This document shows, in pieces, positions 51,901-64,000 of a stretch of 64,000 nucleotides of DNA. The translations under genes were made by a program, and so were the position numbers. Location of the stretch: NCBI GenBank assembly GCA_964035545.1, contig OZ037765.1:10550698-10614697 (forward strand). The letters are read 5' to 3'. This DNA is from Bugula neritina (taxonomy: Eukaryota > Animalia > Bryozoa). The notes below the pieces were generated by a model. It was not told where the DNA came from and searched no databases. It saw nothing but the letters and a program-made list of their open reading frames with translations. Each line of letters begins with the position of its first letter. The stretch's first letter is position 1.

Positions 51901-54900
51901 AATAGTTATTATTACTATTAGTATTACTATCATTATAACAACTATAATTATTATTAGTATTACTATTACTATTAGTATTAGCATTAGTAGTAAAAAATGA
52001 GTAGAGTTCAACATATACAATCTAGCTCACAGTTACTATAAAAGTAGAAGTAGAACTTTTAAAACTATTATCTCCATCATTATCAGAACTATGAGTAATA
52101 CTAGTACAGTACTAGTAGTTGTACTAATAGTAATACTAGTTATTAATACTAATAGACAATAGTAATAGTATCACTATGAGTATGAGACTTGGGCTGGCAG
52201 TGATTATCACTATCAGCATCATCATAGTGATAGTCAAAAGTTACAAGAATTAGAAGCCATATTCATATTGATATTCTCATTGTGATTGAGTTATGCACAG
52301 TCATATTCATAGTAATACTAATAGTCAATCACTGATTGAGTTAATGTCATAGTAATACTCATACTCATAATTAATTTGTACGATACTCATACTCATAGTG
52401 ATAGTGATACGTCACCGTGAATTTCAATTTAATAATAATTTTAATTTAATATTAAAGTGATATTAATTATTAATATTATCATTGAATCATTCATTGTTGC
52501 TAATATTATGTCTTACTCTTAGTCTTAGTCTAACAGCAGCTCTATAAAGAAGTTAAACATAACTGATAACAAAACACATTTAAAAAATAATACTGTAACA
52601 ATCAATATAATGCATATCAATATGAATATGCTAGCAACCTAATTTTCAGCCCACTTCATTAACTTTCTGTGCAGTATTGTGAATTGTGATAAAATAAATT
52701 TATTAATGGTGACCTTGACATCTTCGTCCAAATGCCTTTCACGTCAAGCCCCGAACCAATTTGTAAAAATTTTGGATTTTTTACTTTTGATTATTTTTTA
52801 CGAAAAGAGCTTCAAAATAAATTTAAAAAAAAGTGAGCTGTTGTCCACATGAAAAGAAATATATGAGTTAATTTTCTAAATTCAGGAAGTTACCAGAGGA
52901 TCACAATATTTTTTTTAAAAAATCTTCATTTTCACGACAAGCTCTATATATTAATATAGAAAAATAGAAGACAACTCTTCTTTCAGATTTTTCATGCGCC
53001 ACGGTCACGTCAATCTCAGTGCTATTAACACATATATTTTAATTCATTTTTTCTGGTATATTGAGTTGAGATTTTTTGTATATATTTTGTGAATGCAACT
53101 AAAAAAGTATGATCTTTTAATTAACAGTAATTGATTTTATCAAAATAACCTGGATGCCTACGATGTTTAAACTTTAACGCTAAAATCAAAATGAGAATCA
53201 TTAACATTTACCCCAAACTACCCAAGTACCACAACCCCTGTATTGAGAATAGCAACTGGGGGGGGGGGGGGGTCTCTTTAGTGAAACCATTTTCATCCTC
53301 TTTTATCACTCTATTTGGCTACTGTACAATTTAATCCTAATATAAATATGCGTTGGCATAAACAAAGCTTATCCTGCTATTAGATGTTAGGCAGGGAAAT
53401 GGTGGTGGCAGGATTGCAAGTCAAATACTGCTGTACATGTAGGCCAAAGTTCGGCACCCAGCTAATTTGTTTCAATAAAAAAGCTGACCTCCAACCACAA
53501 AGTTTAAAATCATAGAGTTCAGCAACTGTTCATTTAGATTTTGAACTAAAAACCCATTTTAAAATTAACTCTAGTAAGACTAGGCTTCGTGTAATATTAT
53601 GAAGAAAGACTTCATTGGGGGGGGAGAAGATACAAGCAGGCATTAATCAGTTTATAAGTTTGCAAAATTATTAAACCTAAAACTTGCTAAAGAGTTGCAT
53701 TAGAAAAAAATAAAGATCTATATATTTATTATTGAGGGATTTTTTGTTATATTGGAATGTACACCTATATTTTAATTGGCAAATAGTGCATTAGCACTAA
53801 ACCGCTTTAAAATTATTAGTCAACTAAAAATATGAGACTAGTTATAGATGAAAATATTATAATCTGAAGCAGTTATGATTTTCATTGCAATACTTAGAGG
53901 TGTGCAAGTAGAAAACTACTCAACCCAGCCGTACGCCCATAACTAAAGAGGATGATAAAATTTAAATAGCTGTTACTCCGTTTCCCTGTGGCAACATTTA
54001 GTTCCTCATTTTTCTCCGAGTAGACATTACTTATGAATAAGACTGTCACTCAGAAAGAAAAAAGTGCAAGAGTACACCTACTATAGTATATAGGGGCCTA
54101 CTGTTACACAAAGCAGTGATTTACACCTCAATGGTTTGTCAGACTGATCAATATCGCCACTAGGTGCCAGTTTGCTAATGAAAACATTACCCCACACCCT
54201 GAATGAGGCAAATTGTCACGCTGCAATGATTGGTCACGAGGAAATCTGCTGATAACTAAAGCTCAATTATATCCTTGCAAAAACATATCTTTATTCTCTA
54301 ATCACTATTCATTTTTGAAACAAAACATTGACCGAGAAAAGCTCATTGTTCATGTGCTAGTATGATTCGGCTTTATATAACACCATGGAGAATATAAATA
54401 AAGTATAACTGAACCTACCAACCAACAATCTCTCATCACTGGGAATGTCTTTAAACAGTTTGTGGAATTCTTCGGACTTCTGCTTGTACTGATGGTGCAA
54501 AAAATAGGAACCAATTAATTATTAACCAGCAAATAATGATAGCAAGCCTATTTTTATCTCACCTAAATTGACAAGTCAAGTTTATATTGGAGAATAAGGC
54601 TCCACACCCAACAAACCCTTCCTACCTCATATGTTCTATAATCAATGTCAACACTTACAACATTAATTCACTGCAAAGAAACCAGGATATTTTGAAATAA
54701 TTCATTGGTTAAGTATCATAGAATAAACCAATTGACTTACTGATGACATAGAGAACCAATTACTAGACTTCTTTTTCTGACTGGAGGAAAACGACTTGTC
54801 GAAAGAAGAACCATTTCGAGGCAGATTCACGGATGGCTGTTGCTTGGGAGTATGGGGCTGCCTTCCATTGACCTGGGATCTTGTTGGAGAAACACGGAGG

Positions 54901-57759
54901 CCATTTTTAACTGGTGAATCTTTCATTGGTGTAGATGTGCCATTCTGAAACAGAGAGAGAAAATTGATAGGGATTTTGTACAGCTCATATTATGATAACT
55001 GTCAATATTTACATTCACTCAATTTCTAGACCATTTACACAGAGAATTCCCCTGAACCTAAAATTGCAAATAAAATATTCACATATGGTTATAAAAATAC
55101 ATATAGACATTTCAATATTGAATACAGCACTGCTAACATTGCATAAACCTGGCCATGCCCGCAGTAAAAGCAGTGATGGCATAATAGAGGTTCGAACACT
55201 GACACAACAATGTCAAAGAATTACAGAAGTAATTTCAAAAAGAATACCGCTATGTGGTGCTGAAAATAACCCGAAGAGGATTTAGAGACTTCAGAGTTTA
55301 GACCCTTACAATGCTTTAGGTCTGAAAATCTGGAGTAAAGGTTTGCCCACATGGAAACTCAATGAAGATGTCCCAACAATACATTCCATATGAAGTTCCT
55401 TCATTTGAGTAGTTTCAATGTGGGCAAGCCTTAAGTTCTAATCTAGCAGTAGTCATGAAGCAGATGTTGCAAGAGTTGAAATTCTGTTGCATACAATTTT
55501 GCAGCACAAATTAAGTATTTCAATGCATTGCACTTACACCAGTTACAGATCTGTACTCATTCACTTATTAAGTTAAGCAAAGAAATTCATTTTTACTAAA
55601 AAAAATTCAACTAAAGATTTTATTTCTAAAAACTCTAGCAGCAAGCATAGGCTTAAAGCTTGAAAGTAGTTAACAGTATGTAAAGCTAAATTACTGAAGA
55701 TGGACAGAGATGCTTACAACATTGCGGTAATGTGATGACCTTTGAACAGGAAACCAATATATTTATCTTGAGAATGAAAAATAGCACAACTGTGGCAAAA
55801 TAATTTCATCTGTGATTACGTGAAGATGGTGACTATGCCAATGTTGAAACCAAGGTTGTGTAATGGCTACTTTCCCAATCAGTAGCTGTAAGCAGTAGTC
55901 TACAGTCTCACTAGGCAGTGTTGAATATGCATACCTGAAGCAAGTTGATGTCACTGTAGTTTTTCATTTGACTAGTAGGGTCATCGCAAGAGGTCACATT
56001 AGGAGTCCCTAGCCCCAGTTCAATAGGCACAGAACTAGAGCGGGTATATCTGTTGTCGTTTCCCTCCTCTGTCCTGTAGCCAATGATAACAATGTGCGCA
56101 TTTTCAAATTTTCTCAGCAAAAACTATGACAGAAAGTAGTGCAACTACTAAAAATATGAAGTGATAACAGAAAATCATGACAAACTAACACTACAAATAT
56201 TTCTATATCCTGGCCTGAGTTACAACAATAGCTCAATGATAGTTATAGAAGCACTACCAGACGTCTACTGCCAAGATGTCTATCTATTTGAGAGGCAGAT
56301 CTGCTACGCAGCAGCCTACAACTCTATATTGCACAGGACTCCTAGCATAGTTGAGAGAGTGAAACGCTGGTTTACTAAAGATATTCAACTACTATTAACC
56401 AGATAAGATTTGCCCCCTCAAACTGAAATCATGATTGGATATTGATAAAATTATTACAAACTGATACCTATGCCTGCTCTAATGTTATATAATGACATGT
56501 CATAGGACAGCTAAAACATTTAGCTCCTGGTGGAATGGTTTAATATTTACAGAGTGGCTAATCAAACAGAAGGCCAGGCTAAGCCACATCACACCATCAG
56601 TCGTGCAAGCTGAAAGCAATACAGTCAAATTATGTCCAACCCTAGGCTATTGATAGACTTTTTGATAAATCAACTTGCATTAACAATACAGCAGCAGCTG
56701 CTTTATTGCAAATATACGATATTAATCTATATTCCATAACATTAATTGATTTGTGTAGTCTTATACCCCACTTGGCTCACTTATATAATTACGTATTAAG
56801 CAAGGATGTTTTGTTAAGAAAACAAACAGCAGCTAAGCAAGCTATTGACACAGAGCTGTAAGGATGTAAACGCGTACTCTGGGTCCGTGTCTTCTGCACC
56901 TTCTACAGTCAGTATTCCATTCTCCACCTTAGAGCTCCTCCTGGTGGACAAAAACAATATATAATGTTAATGCAAACAGTGGGTGCAAAAATTTGAGGAA
57001 ACTTTGCCCCAGTTAAGCAATTATTAGGCAAGTCCGGTTAAATAATACCAGCGACAGTGTAAGTAAGTCAGCAAGGATCTGGGGCCCAATTCATGATTTG
57101 ATTCCAGCTTATCGCCTAATTTCACTAAAATAATAACACTAAACTCATATAATAGAGTTAGGCAAAGAATAATATTGTTCTTTACAGGAGATTAGAAATC
57201 AGCTGATACAAAGTAGAGTGAATACGGCCTGCAAGGTTCTTTATGTTAATTTACAGTACACATTCAGACAGGGTTTACAACATTAACTCTGCAAAAAATG
57301 TAAATAATTAAATGCAAAAGGTACAAATGTGGAGCACTATTATGTTTATGAGCCAGTTGATCTCATATGCTCCAGTCAACAGCTTTCCACTTCGTGCCTC
57401 ATGAAAATTTAAGTATATTTTTTTTATTATGAACTATAAATAACTTTCCAGGCTCCCACATTTCTTGCATTTCAGCCACCATCAGTATTAACTACTATTA
57501 ACTATTAACTACCTTTCTGCAACTCTATCCACATTATTATAATTAAAGATTGTACCTTTTAACATGCTACATTCCTGGTCTGGGTATTAAGTTAACAGTT
57601 AACATATGAGATACTATCTCCACTCTTAAAATTACTTCCTTGTAAAGAATAAGGTGATAAGTTTCTAGTTTCAATAAGCAGAAAACATTGCTATTACTAT
57701 AGCACTTACTATTACCTACTAAGTGCTATGGACCCAGTTGCTACCTTATCAGCAACATG

Positions 57760-57858
<99 letters not shown>

Positions 57859-60800
57859 CATTACTACTACCAGTACTACTACTGCAATAGCTACTATTAC
57901 TATGGCTTATAAGTATTACTACTGCTACTAGTACTACTGTCACTATGAGTAAAATCACTACTAACAGTAATTTTACTACTACAGTTGATTTTGTTTACAA
58001 CAGGAAATATGCTAATATTATTATGCCACTAGTGCTAGGAAGACACTTTATTATAATTGCCATGGCTATTGCACCACATGAACCTGTAAATGCTACTTAG
58101 AATGTTAATACTTTCCAGCAGATTATAGGCAGTTATTTTGTCTACTGAGCAGTCCTGATTATACCATATCCAGGGCAACAATACCAGGTGAAACCCAGAA
58201 TGTTACAAGATTGAAGGAGTCAAATGAGTCACTTACATCATCAACAGAATTAAAGTGTGTAAGTTGCTGCAAAGTAAAAGTTTATAAAGCCTAGCCACTA
58301 CCCAGACTAAAAAAACATTATACAAATATAAATAATTTTATTAAAATCATGTGCTACAGTAGTTATATGGTTACCGTTTGTTTCGCTGTCTCAAAGCATT
58401 CCATAATTTCATAACTTGCTGGAAAAACTAGTTGATAACTTCCAAAGAGATACAAATTCACTGAATAATTCTATATAAATTAAAATTAGCTCCAAAGGTT
58501 ACAGTTACACAACTCAACTTTTAAAGTACTATATCCAGGCAATGACAATGCTAACCACCTTTTGTGTCTGTATTTCAAATTTGCACTACGCCATATATAA
58601 GCAATCCATTCAGATTCATGGAATGTTTCTTTTATGATATCAGGTACTGTTGGAAACACGCGATTGTGGCCTGATCACACGATTGGATATCAACACAATT
58701 GAACTTTGAACTTTTTGAAGTACTTTCATTGGATGCATCACGATTTCCTCTATTTCGTATCATAGCATTATCTTAATTCTAACAGTATTCTGCAAACTGT
58801 CATTGAGTACAGGTGATTAGCAACGCACAGCCTTAACAATTGCCAGTCAAGAGCCTAAGAAGTATACCATGAAATTCCACAAGAAATTAAAAAAAACTCA
58901 ACATTTTACTCAACATTTTATTGTAGTTATTTCTTCTAACATAAGTTTGTCAAAATATTTTCAAAACCAGCATACTGGTAAGCCTCTTTACAGACTGGCT
59001 TTAAACCTCATTCAACAGCTCCCCTTCATTCCTATTGCATAAGCTAACTTTTGTCAAGAAGAAAATGCTATGGTGGAGCTGCCCATTCGTGGTTGTCAGC
59101 ACATTCCAGAGTTTGTATGCCGTTTTTTAAAAACAGCAGTGACGCTAAGGAACCAATGTGGACAGACCTTAACGCTGGTGAAATGCACCTCACTTAATTA
59201 TATTATTGATACTTCATCTTAAACTAAAATAGAGCTCAAATTCGTCCTTTCTATCGATAAAATGTAGTTTACTGGCAGTATTTTATGGACGTCCACAAAG
59301 TAACACTGTGCTTGCAGAAGCATCCAACAACTAATAAAATTCAAAAGCTATCTGGATAAAACATAAGAGTTTAATCACTTAAATCCAGCACTCAAATGAT
59401 TAGTTGCATCAAGTATAAATAATAGTGAGATAGATATGTTTTACAGCTATTTCAGTTGCTCATCAGTAATGTATTATAATAAAGTATCTATAACTATTTA
59501 TAGGTTAATGTGTTTTATAAACTGTAAGGGTATAATAGGGTGGTCTGCTTGCTGCATAGCTGCCAGGGTTGGGATCAACTACATATGAATGTAATTAATT
59601 ACAATTACATTTTAATATAATTAATTACAATTACAATTACTTTTGTTGTCACAGGAGACAAATTAAAGTTATATAATCTCATTTCTGGGGTCACACTACC
59701 AGGGGCAATTTTGACAACGGAAAACCTTCCTTGTTCTCAACAGTAACGATTAGGGTGATAAATATGACATTAAATTAATCTGAACTTTTTATTAAACAGT
59801 AGACAAGGCAGCAAAAATATAAATTTTATAAGATTTAAAAATTTGAAGTAATTGTTATGTAATTATAAAGTAATTGTAAAATCCAATTACATTAGCAATG
59901 TAATTAATTACAATTACATTTTTATACATCATTACAAATTACATTCAATTACTTGAAAAAATGTAATTAATTACAACCAATTACAAATTACAATTACCCC
60001 AACCCTGAATTAGCTGCACCACTTCATATTCACTCAGAAGTATTGTTCTCATCAGGAAGAAAAGTTTTAGCTTCCCTTACTAAATAGAATACCTAAATAC
60101 AACTACAAGAAAGGGGGTAACATGGGGGTGGGGGTGATATAGAGTGAGTGATATGACATGATATGGGATGGGGTGATAGAGGGTGGGGGTGATGAGGTAT
60201 TTAAACTATCGAGATAAACTAATGCTTTGTAACGAGGCACTTATAAAATATAAGACGTAATAGAAACTTCGAAACCTGCAGGTTACCATAACATAGTACT
60301 GTAAATATTTTATATTCAAGTAGATATACTGCCTTATCTCTTGTCCAAACAATTTAATATATATATAACTCCAGATGAAAGGAGAGGTAAAATATTAAAT
60401 CAACAATTGATTATAAATATGAAAACACTGAACGTTATTTAGCAAAATTGTTATCAAGAAGCTAAGCATAGCTTATATAGAGAAGGAAGAACTGCACAAT
60501 CTTAAGAAAATAGCTTTGGAATTTCTAGGAATTTTCCAGTGATCAAAAGGATGAGTTATACCTGGAGCAGGTTTCAGCCAGCAAGTTAAGTGATTACACA
60601 TCTTAATATTAAAAAGTAAAAGCATTTCACAATAAAATTACAGAGTAATTATATGCTGGAAATGGACCACCAAGGGCAATACAAGGGTAACACAACTCTT
60701 ATCTTTGATATATAGGGAGTGTAATTCAAGTGTAAAATATTTTCAAAGTGACATAACAACTTGGATAATAAAAGATAACAAATGCTTGCAATGGCACCAG

Positions 60801-62811
60801 TTAGCTATGAGCAAATATGCCAAACATCTTGTAAATTATGCTGCTTTAGATAAAGTCAGCAATAATTAGCATCAGTTCTATAGTGAGCCATCATACTGAA
60901 GCAATTCAAGACATGTATGCACAAAAGTTATTATAAAACTAATATGCTTGGCCATATTACCCTAAGTTGTATTTCGCCAGTAGCGAAGAATATGGGAACA
61001 ACTTTGTACTCTGTAAATGTAAAATGTCCGTGGTCTATAAGATTTATTTAAACAGCACTCCAGGAGTTGTCTGACTGATGACTGAGCTGGAATTACTGAG
61101 AGCAGCCTTGGCCAAAGCATTGACCCTCATTCTATTTACTGACGTAACTACTAGCAAGGTTAACAGCTATGCAATCATAAATGCTGCTATGTCATTTCAA
61201 AACCCACTTCATCAGCATGATGAAATGTACAACCCTTAGTCAGCATAAAACTCTTACCATGAGATGAAAACAAACATGAGTTTATTTAACATCACTAGAC
61301 TTCAAGTTTTTTTTTATAGCTGGAATATAATATAAGAAAAATTATACCATTAAAGCACTCATTACTAAAACTATTATTGATGATAAATGTATGCATACGA
61401 AACAATTACAATTTGTAAATCAAGCATGTTATTCAATAATTTTCTAGGTAAATTGCAGCAGTAAACAAAAATAAATTTCTGCAACGTAGCATGAAGTACT
61501 AAAACTAGGTGCAGTACTATTGCACTTTGCACGAACTACTTCACTCGGTTTGAATAGGATTGCAGTCATTATAATAATAGATGCCACTGATAGTAATTTA
61601 AAATAAAGCACTTCAAACTCTATTTCATTTAAATGCCAACAGCCTAGAGAGCTTATTATGTAAGTATAAGTGTTCAAAGTAATGGGGCATGAAGTATGCA
61701 TGGTAAAGAATGCATGGCGTGCACACTAGAAAAACCTATTACCTTGAGCAGCAGAAACAGCTAGTATTTCTAGTTAAGCAATTAACCTTCCACTATAACC
61801 AGTTAATAAGGCAAGGAATGTAAAATTACGGTTTGACCATGACCTTTACAGCAGTGATAAGATAAATGCTAGATTATGGTGCAAAGTGAAAACATTTTAA
61901 ATTATATATAAAATGTCTATGTACCAGTATTTACTTTATTAATAGTTTGATGAGCTACAATTGTTGCAAAGGTAAAGAAAAATTAATACAATTCTTCAGA
62001 ATTTTGATAAAAAACAATATATTAGCATTTTGATCCTATCTATGAAAACCCGATCTTGTAATAAACAAGTGAAAAGTGCTATCAGCTCAAATATAATATA
62101 ATATAATATCAATCGCTAATAAAGGTGGAAAGAAAAACTTATAGATTTCAATGAGAGTTTTACCAAATTTGTAGCAACTATAATCCACAAGTTGCAGTAC
62201 TTTTTGCAAAAAATCAATCAAACCTATAACATTAACAAGCTGCTCAATAACATTAACAGGTTTAAATGTTTTGGCAAGTGATATTTTCCTGGCCCTAGAA
62301 GCTTTGCACAACACAAACTCCTTTTAAGACTGAGTCTTTTTGACATAATGCTACAGCTTTCAAAGACCGCTATCAGTCTATACTCTATATGATGACAGTA
62401 GACAGTGAGGGGTGTGTAAGCTAACAGAGAAGGGAAGTTGTGAAATATAAACACACATTGCTATTTCACTACTGTTTATCAAGTAAGCACAAATAACATC
62501 AAATTGACTTTTTGTTCTGTTAAAATAATAGAAAGAATTTACGTTGTAAATAAATTGAGCAAGTAAAGTAAAGATTAAGCATAAGTGCATGTAATATTAC
62601 TTCCTAGCTTTAGTATAAATGCTCCAGTGTAGTAGCTGTTAGTAATTAACAATAAAGTTAAGCTGATCAGCTTCATGCATAACCCAACATATTTCTATAA
62701 CAGGCAGCAGCTAAGCGCCAGACAACAGGTTTCTTACTGAAAGGCCCGAGTGAGGCAGAAATATGAACTATAATTCACTTACCGAGCAGGCATTTCAGCT
62801 GCGGAGGCCAT
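39984..62811 (-). CDS. GRAMD1: GRAMD1/Aster-type ER-PM contact sterol transporter (GRAM, StART-like/VASt, TM, luminal helix)
   Basis: Exons: 62811-62783 (MASAAEMPAR, tentative first exon), 56940-56878, 56073-55935, 54944-54741, 54488-54419 (YKQKSEEFHKLF), 48258-48152 (DYSCAMQKDLLVHGRIYVSQNWICFYANI), 46883-46707 (MTKEKTARFIPNAIQI...RDKSYLMMFRVWQNALL), 46385-46248, 45450-45309, 43153-42998, 42632-42508, 42153-41958 (LPYGENFYVWNRYCI), 41536-41310, 40826-40672 (TM), 40491-40374, 40067-39984. All phases are consistent. Confidence 0.93.
45648..45764. repeat. 117-nt hairpin (45-bp inverted arms) in a GRAMD1 intron
   Basis: The left arm tctacattgtattacacatagtaatagtaattgtctgccccaact matches the reverse complement of 45720-45764 at 41 of 45 positions. 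Confidence 0.85.
48356..53170. mobile_element. Decayed Kolobok-like DNA transposon (TTAA TSD, short imperfect TIRs) in a GRAMD1 intron
   Basis: TTAA at 48356-48359 is followed by aggcggtaagcttccaggttattt. The right end aaataacctggatgcctacgatgt (53143-53166) is followed by TTAA at 53167-53170. The TIRs match at 18 of 24 positions, including a perfect inner 12-mer. The element contains a Cys-rich KolX/ZCD-like pseudogene. Confidence 0.72.
50590..51191 (-). pseudogene. Decayed spliced gene for a P2X7-ballast / ZCD (nanor) / KolX-like Cys-rich protein
   Basis: Exon 51191-50972 reads ANIPPIEEWCK*KKF...ECCQSC.../KFVTDHPG.../RVLEVTYNSY. The exon from 50776 reads WFCSYRVLIFWLFPNLHRRQRKPPSACLYN*.../LPPTDDG*QFAG. 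Both contain stops and frameshifts. Confidence 0.7.
57760..57857. repeat. Head-to-head (TAC)n/(TAG)n microsatellite forming a spacer-less palindrome
   Basis: (CTA)n switches to (TAG)n at ACTAGT, centred on 57791/57792. Confidence 0.95.
59564..60007. mobile_element. hAT-like MITE with CAGGGTTGGG termini and subterminal AATTAC/GTAATT repeats
   Basis: Begins cagggttggg at 59564 and ends cccaaccctg at 60007. The 7-mer tagctgc lies immediately left of the element and 3 bp to its right (degenerate TSD). Confidence 0.75.
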
Positions 62812-63772
62812 GTTTAACTACCAGTACCAGCTATATGCATGTGCCAACCTTCATCTTTCAAAACCTTATGATAACTAAAATAAAACACAATTGTGTGGTT
62901 GAGCTAAAAGCCTGTCACTGTTACCAGCATATTTAGTCAAGTACTAAATGAAGTATATATTCATATTTGTGTAAAGGTAACCAGCTTAAAAGGTTGCATG
63001 TTTACTGCTGAATGTGCTGGATATATATCACAATACCTGGTATGATTAAATTGATCAAGTATACATTTTTCCAGTACACCTGCCACTTATGCAGCTGTTT
63101 GAGATGATAAGTCTTTGGATATGTTATTAGTAACAGCACTTCATAAGAGTTTTGATGGGAATATTTAAAGTGAGTGTGCAGCCACTGAGGGTAATGCTGT
63201 TCAACAGTAGATAGTTAGTTATATTATTGATTACCTGTATTAAGCAGCAGCAGCCTATAGTCAACAACTAGCTATTGCTAATCACTTGAATTCTACTTAG
63301 TATACAAGTTGATTAAGCACTGCTTAAAAATCCAATATTTTCTAAAAAGCATTATAGCATAACTTGAGACCAAAAAGAAAACCATTACAACTAGGGCTTC
63401 ACAAAAAAATTTGAGAACACATTTATAAACATAAGTAAGCTAGGCTAAAAGGATCAATTTAGAATGGATAATAATAAAGTTTGGTTAGGGAGAGCGAGGT
63501 GAAACAATGATGATAATATAAGATTAGCAGAATAAGGTCTTTAGGATTCTAAAAACTATTATCAAAGTCTCAACATTAGTATCACACGTTATTGATTTTG
63601 AACTCACTCAAACCTGTTGAGAGAGCAACAGACTCTAGGTTACCCAAACTGGTTAGAGAAAATCAACTACTGAGCCAATGTTTGTTTACGCATGCTGCAA
63701 TAAAAATATAGAGTTGCATATGCGCAGGACCACGGGGATGGGGGGGGGGGTGAAAGGTGACCAAAGGTGACC

Positions 63773-63990
63773 ATGGCGTTTGTGGATCTGAAAAAGGCAT
63801 ATGATCCTTAGAAAGCATGATACGGCACTGTTTGAGAAGCAGTGAGTGTTTGAGGCCAATACTGACATCATTAGGGATATGTATAAGGATGTTATTACCA
63901 GGGTTGCGAAAATCGTAGGTGAAAATGAAATTAAAAATGGGACTCCGTCAAGCTTCATTACTGAACCCATTATTGTTTGTAATTGTTATG
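63773..63990 (+). mobile_element. Decayed RTE-clade LINE reverse transcriptase fragment
   Basis: Frameshifted translation MAFVDLKKAYD...HCLR...DIIRDMYKDVITRV...GLRQASLLNPLLFVIVM matches the RT motifs F.D..KAYD and G..QG..LSP.LF. Confidence 0.85.
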
Positions 63991-64000
63991 TTTGTTTGTA

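Noticed and set aside
53790-53812. Alternative right terminus for the Kolobok-like element (accgctttaa)
   Set aside because: A much shorter match than the TIR at 53143-53170.
63686-63970. 94-aa minus-strand ORF
   Set aside because: Antisense to the decayed RTE reverse transcriptase fragment.

Overview
AT-rich, intron-rich eukaryotic DNA; gene content and intron style suggest an invertebrate metazoan (inference). Reading exons and splice sites by hand gives six spliced genes: a formin-like FMNL gene (minus, runs off the left edge), mitochondrial GatC (plus), ECHS1 (minus), WIPI3/WDR45B (plus), an unrecognised two-TM protein with an acidic tail (minus) and GRAMD1/Aster (minus). Introns and intergenic DNA hold several mobile elements. 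The main ones are a 3.56-kb foldback element with 635-bp near-identical arms and diverged inner arms in an FMNL intron, and a 4.8-kb TTAA-flanked Kolobok-like transposon in a GRAMD1 intron carrying a decayed spliced gene resembling the P2X7 ballast / ZCD / KolX domain. There are also two LINE fragments and a hAT-like MITE. A recurrent degenerate 6-bp-periodic tract sits just downstream of inferred promoters, including both promoters inside the transposon. All exon calls are manual and no database search was run.
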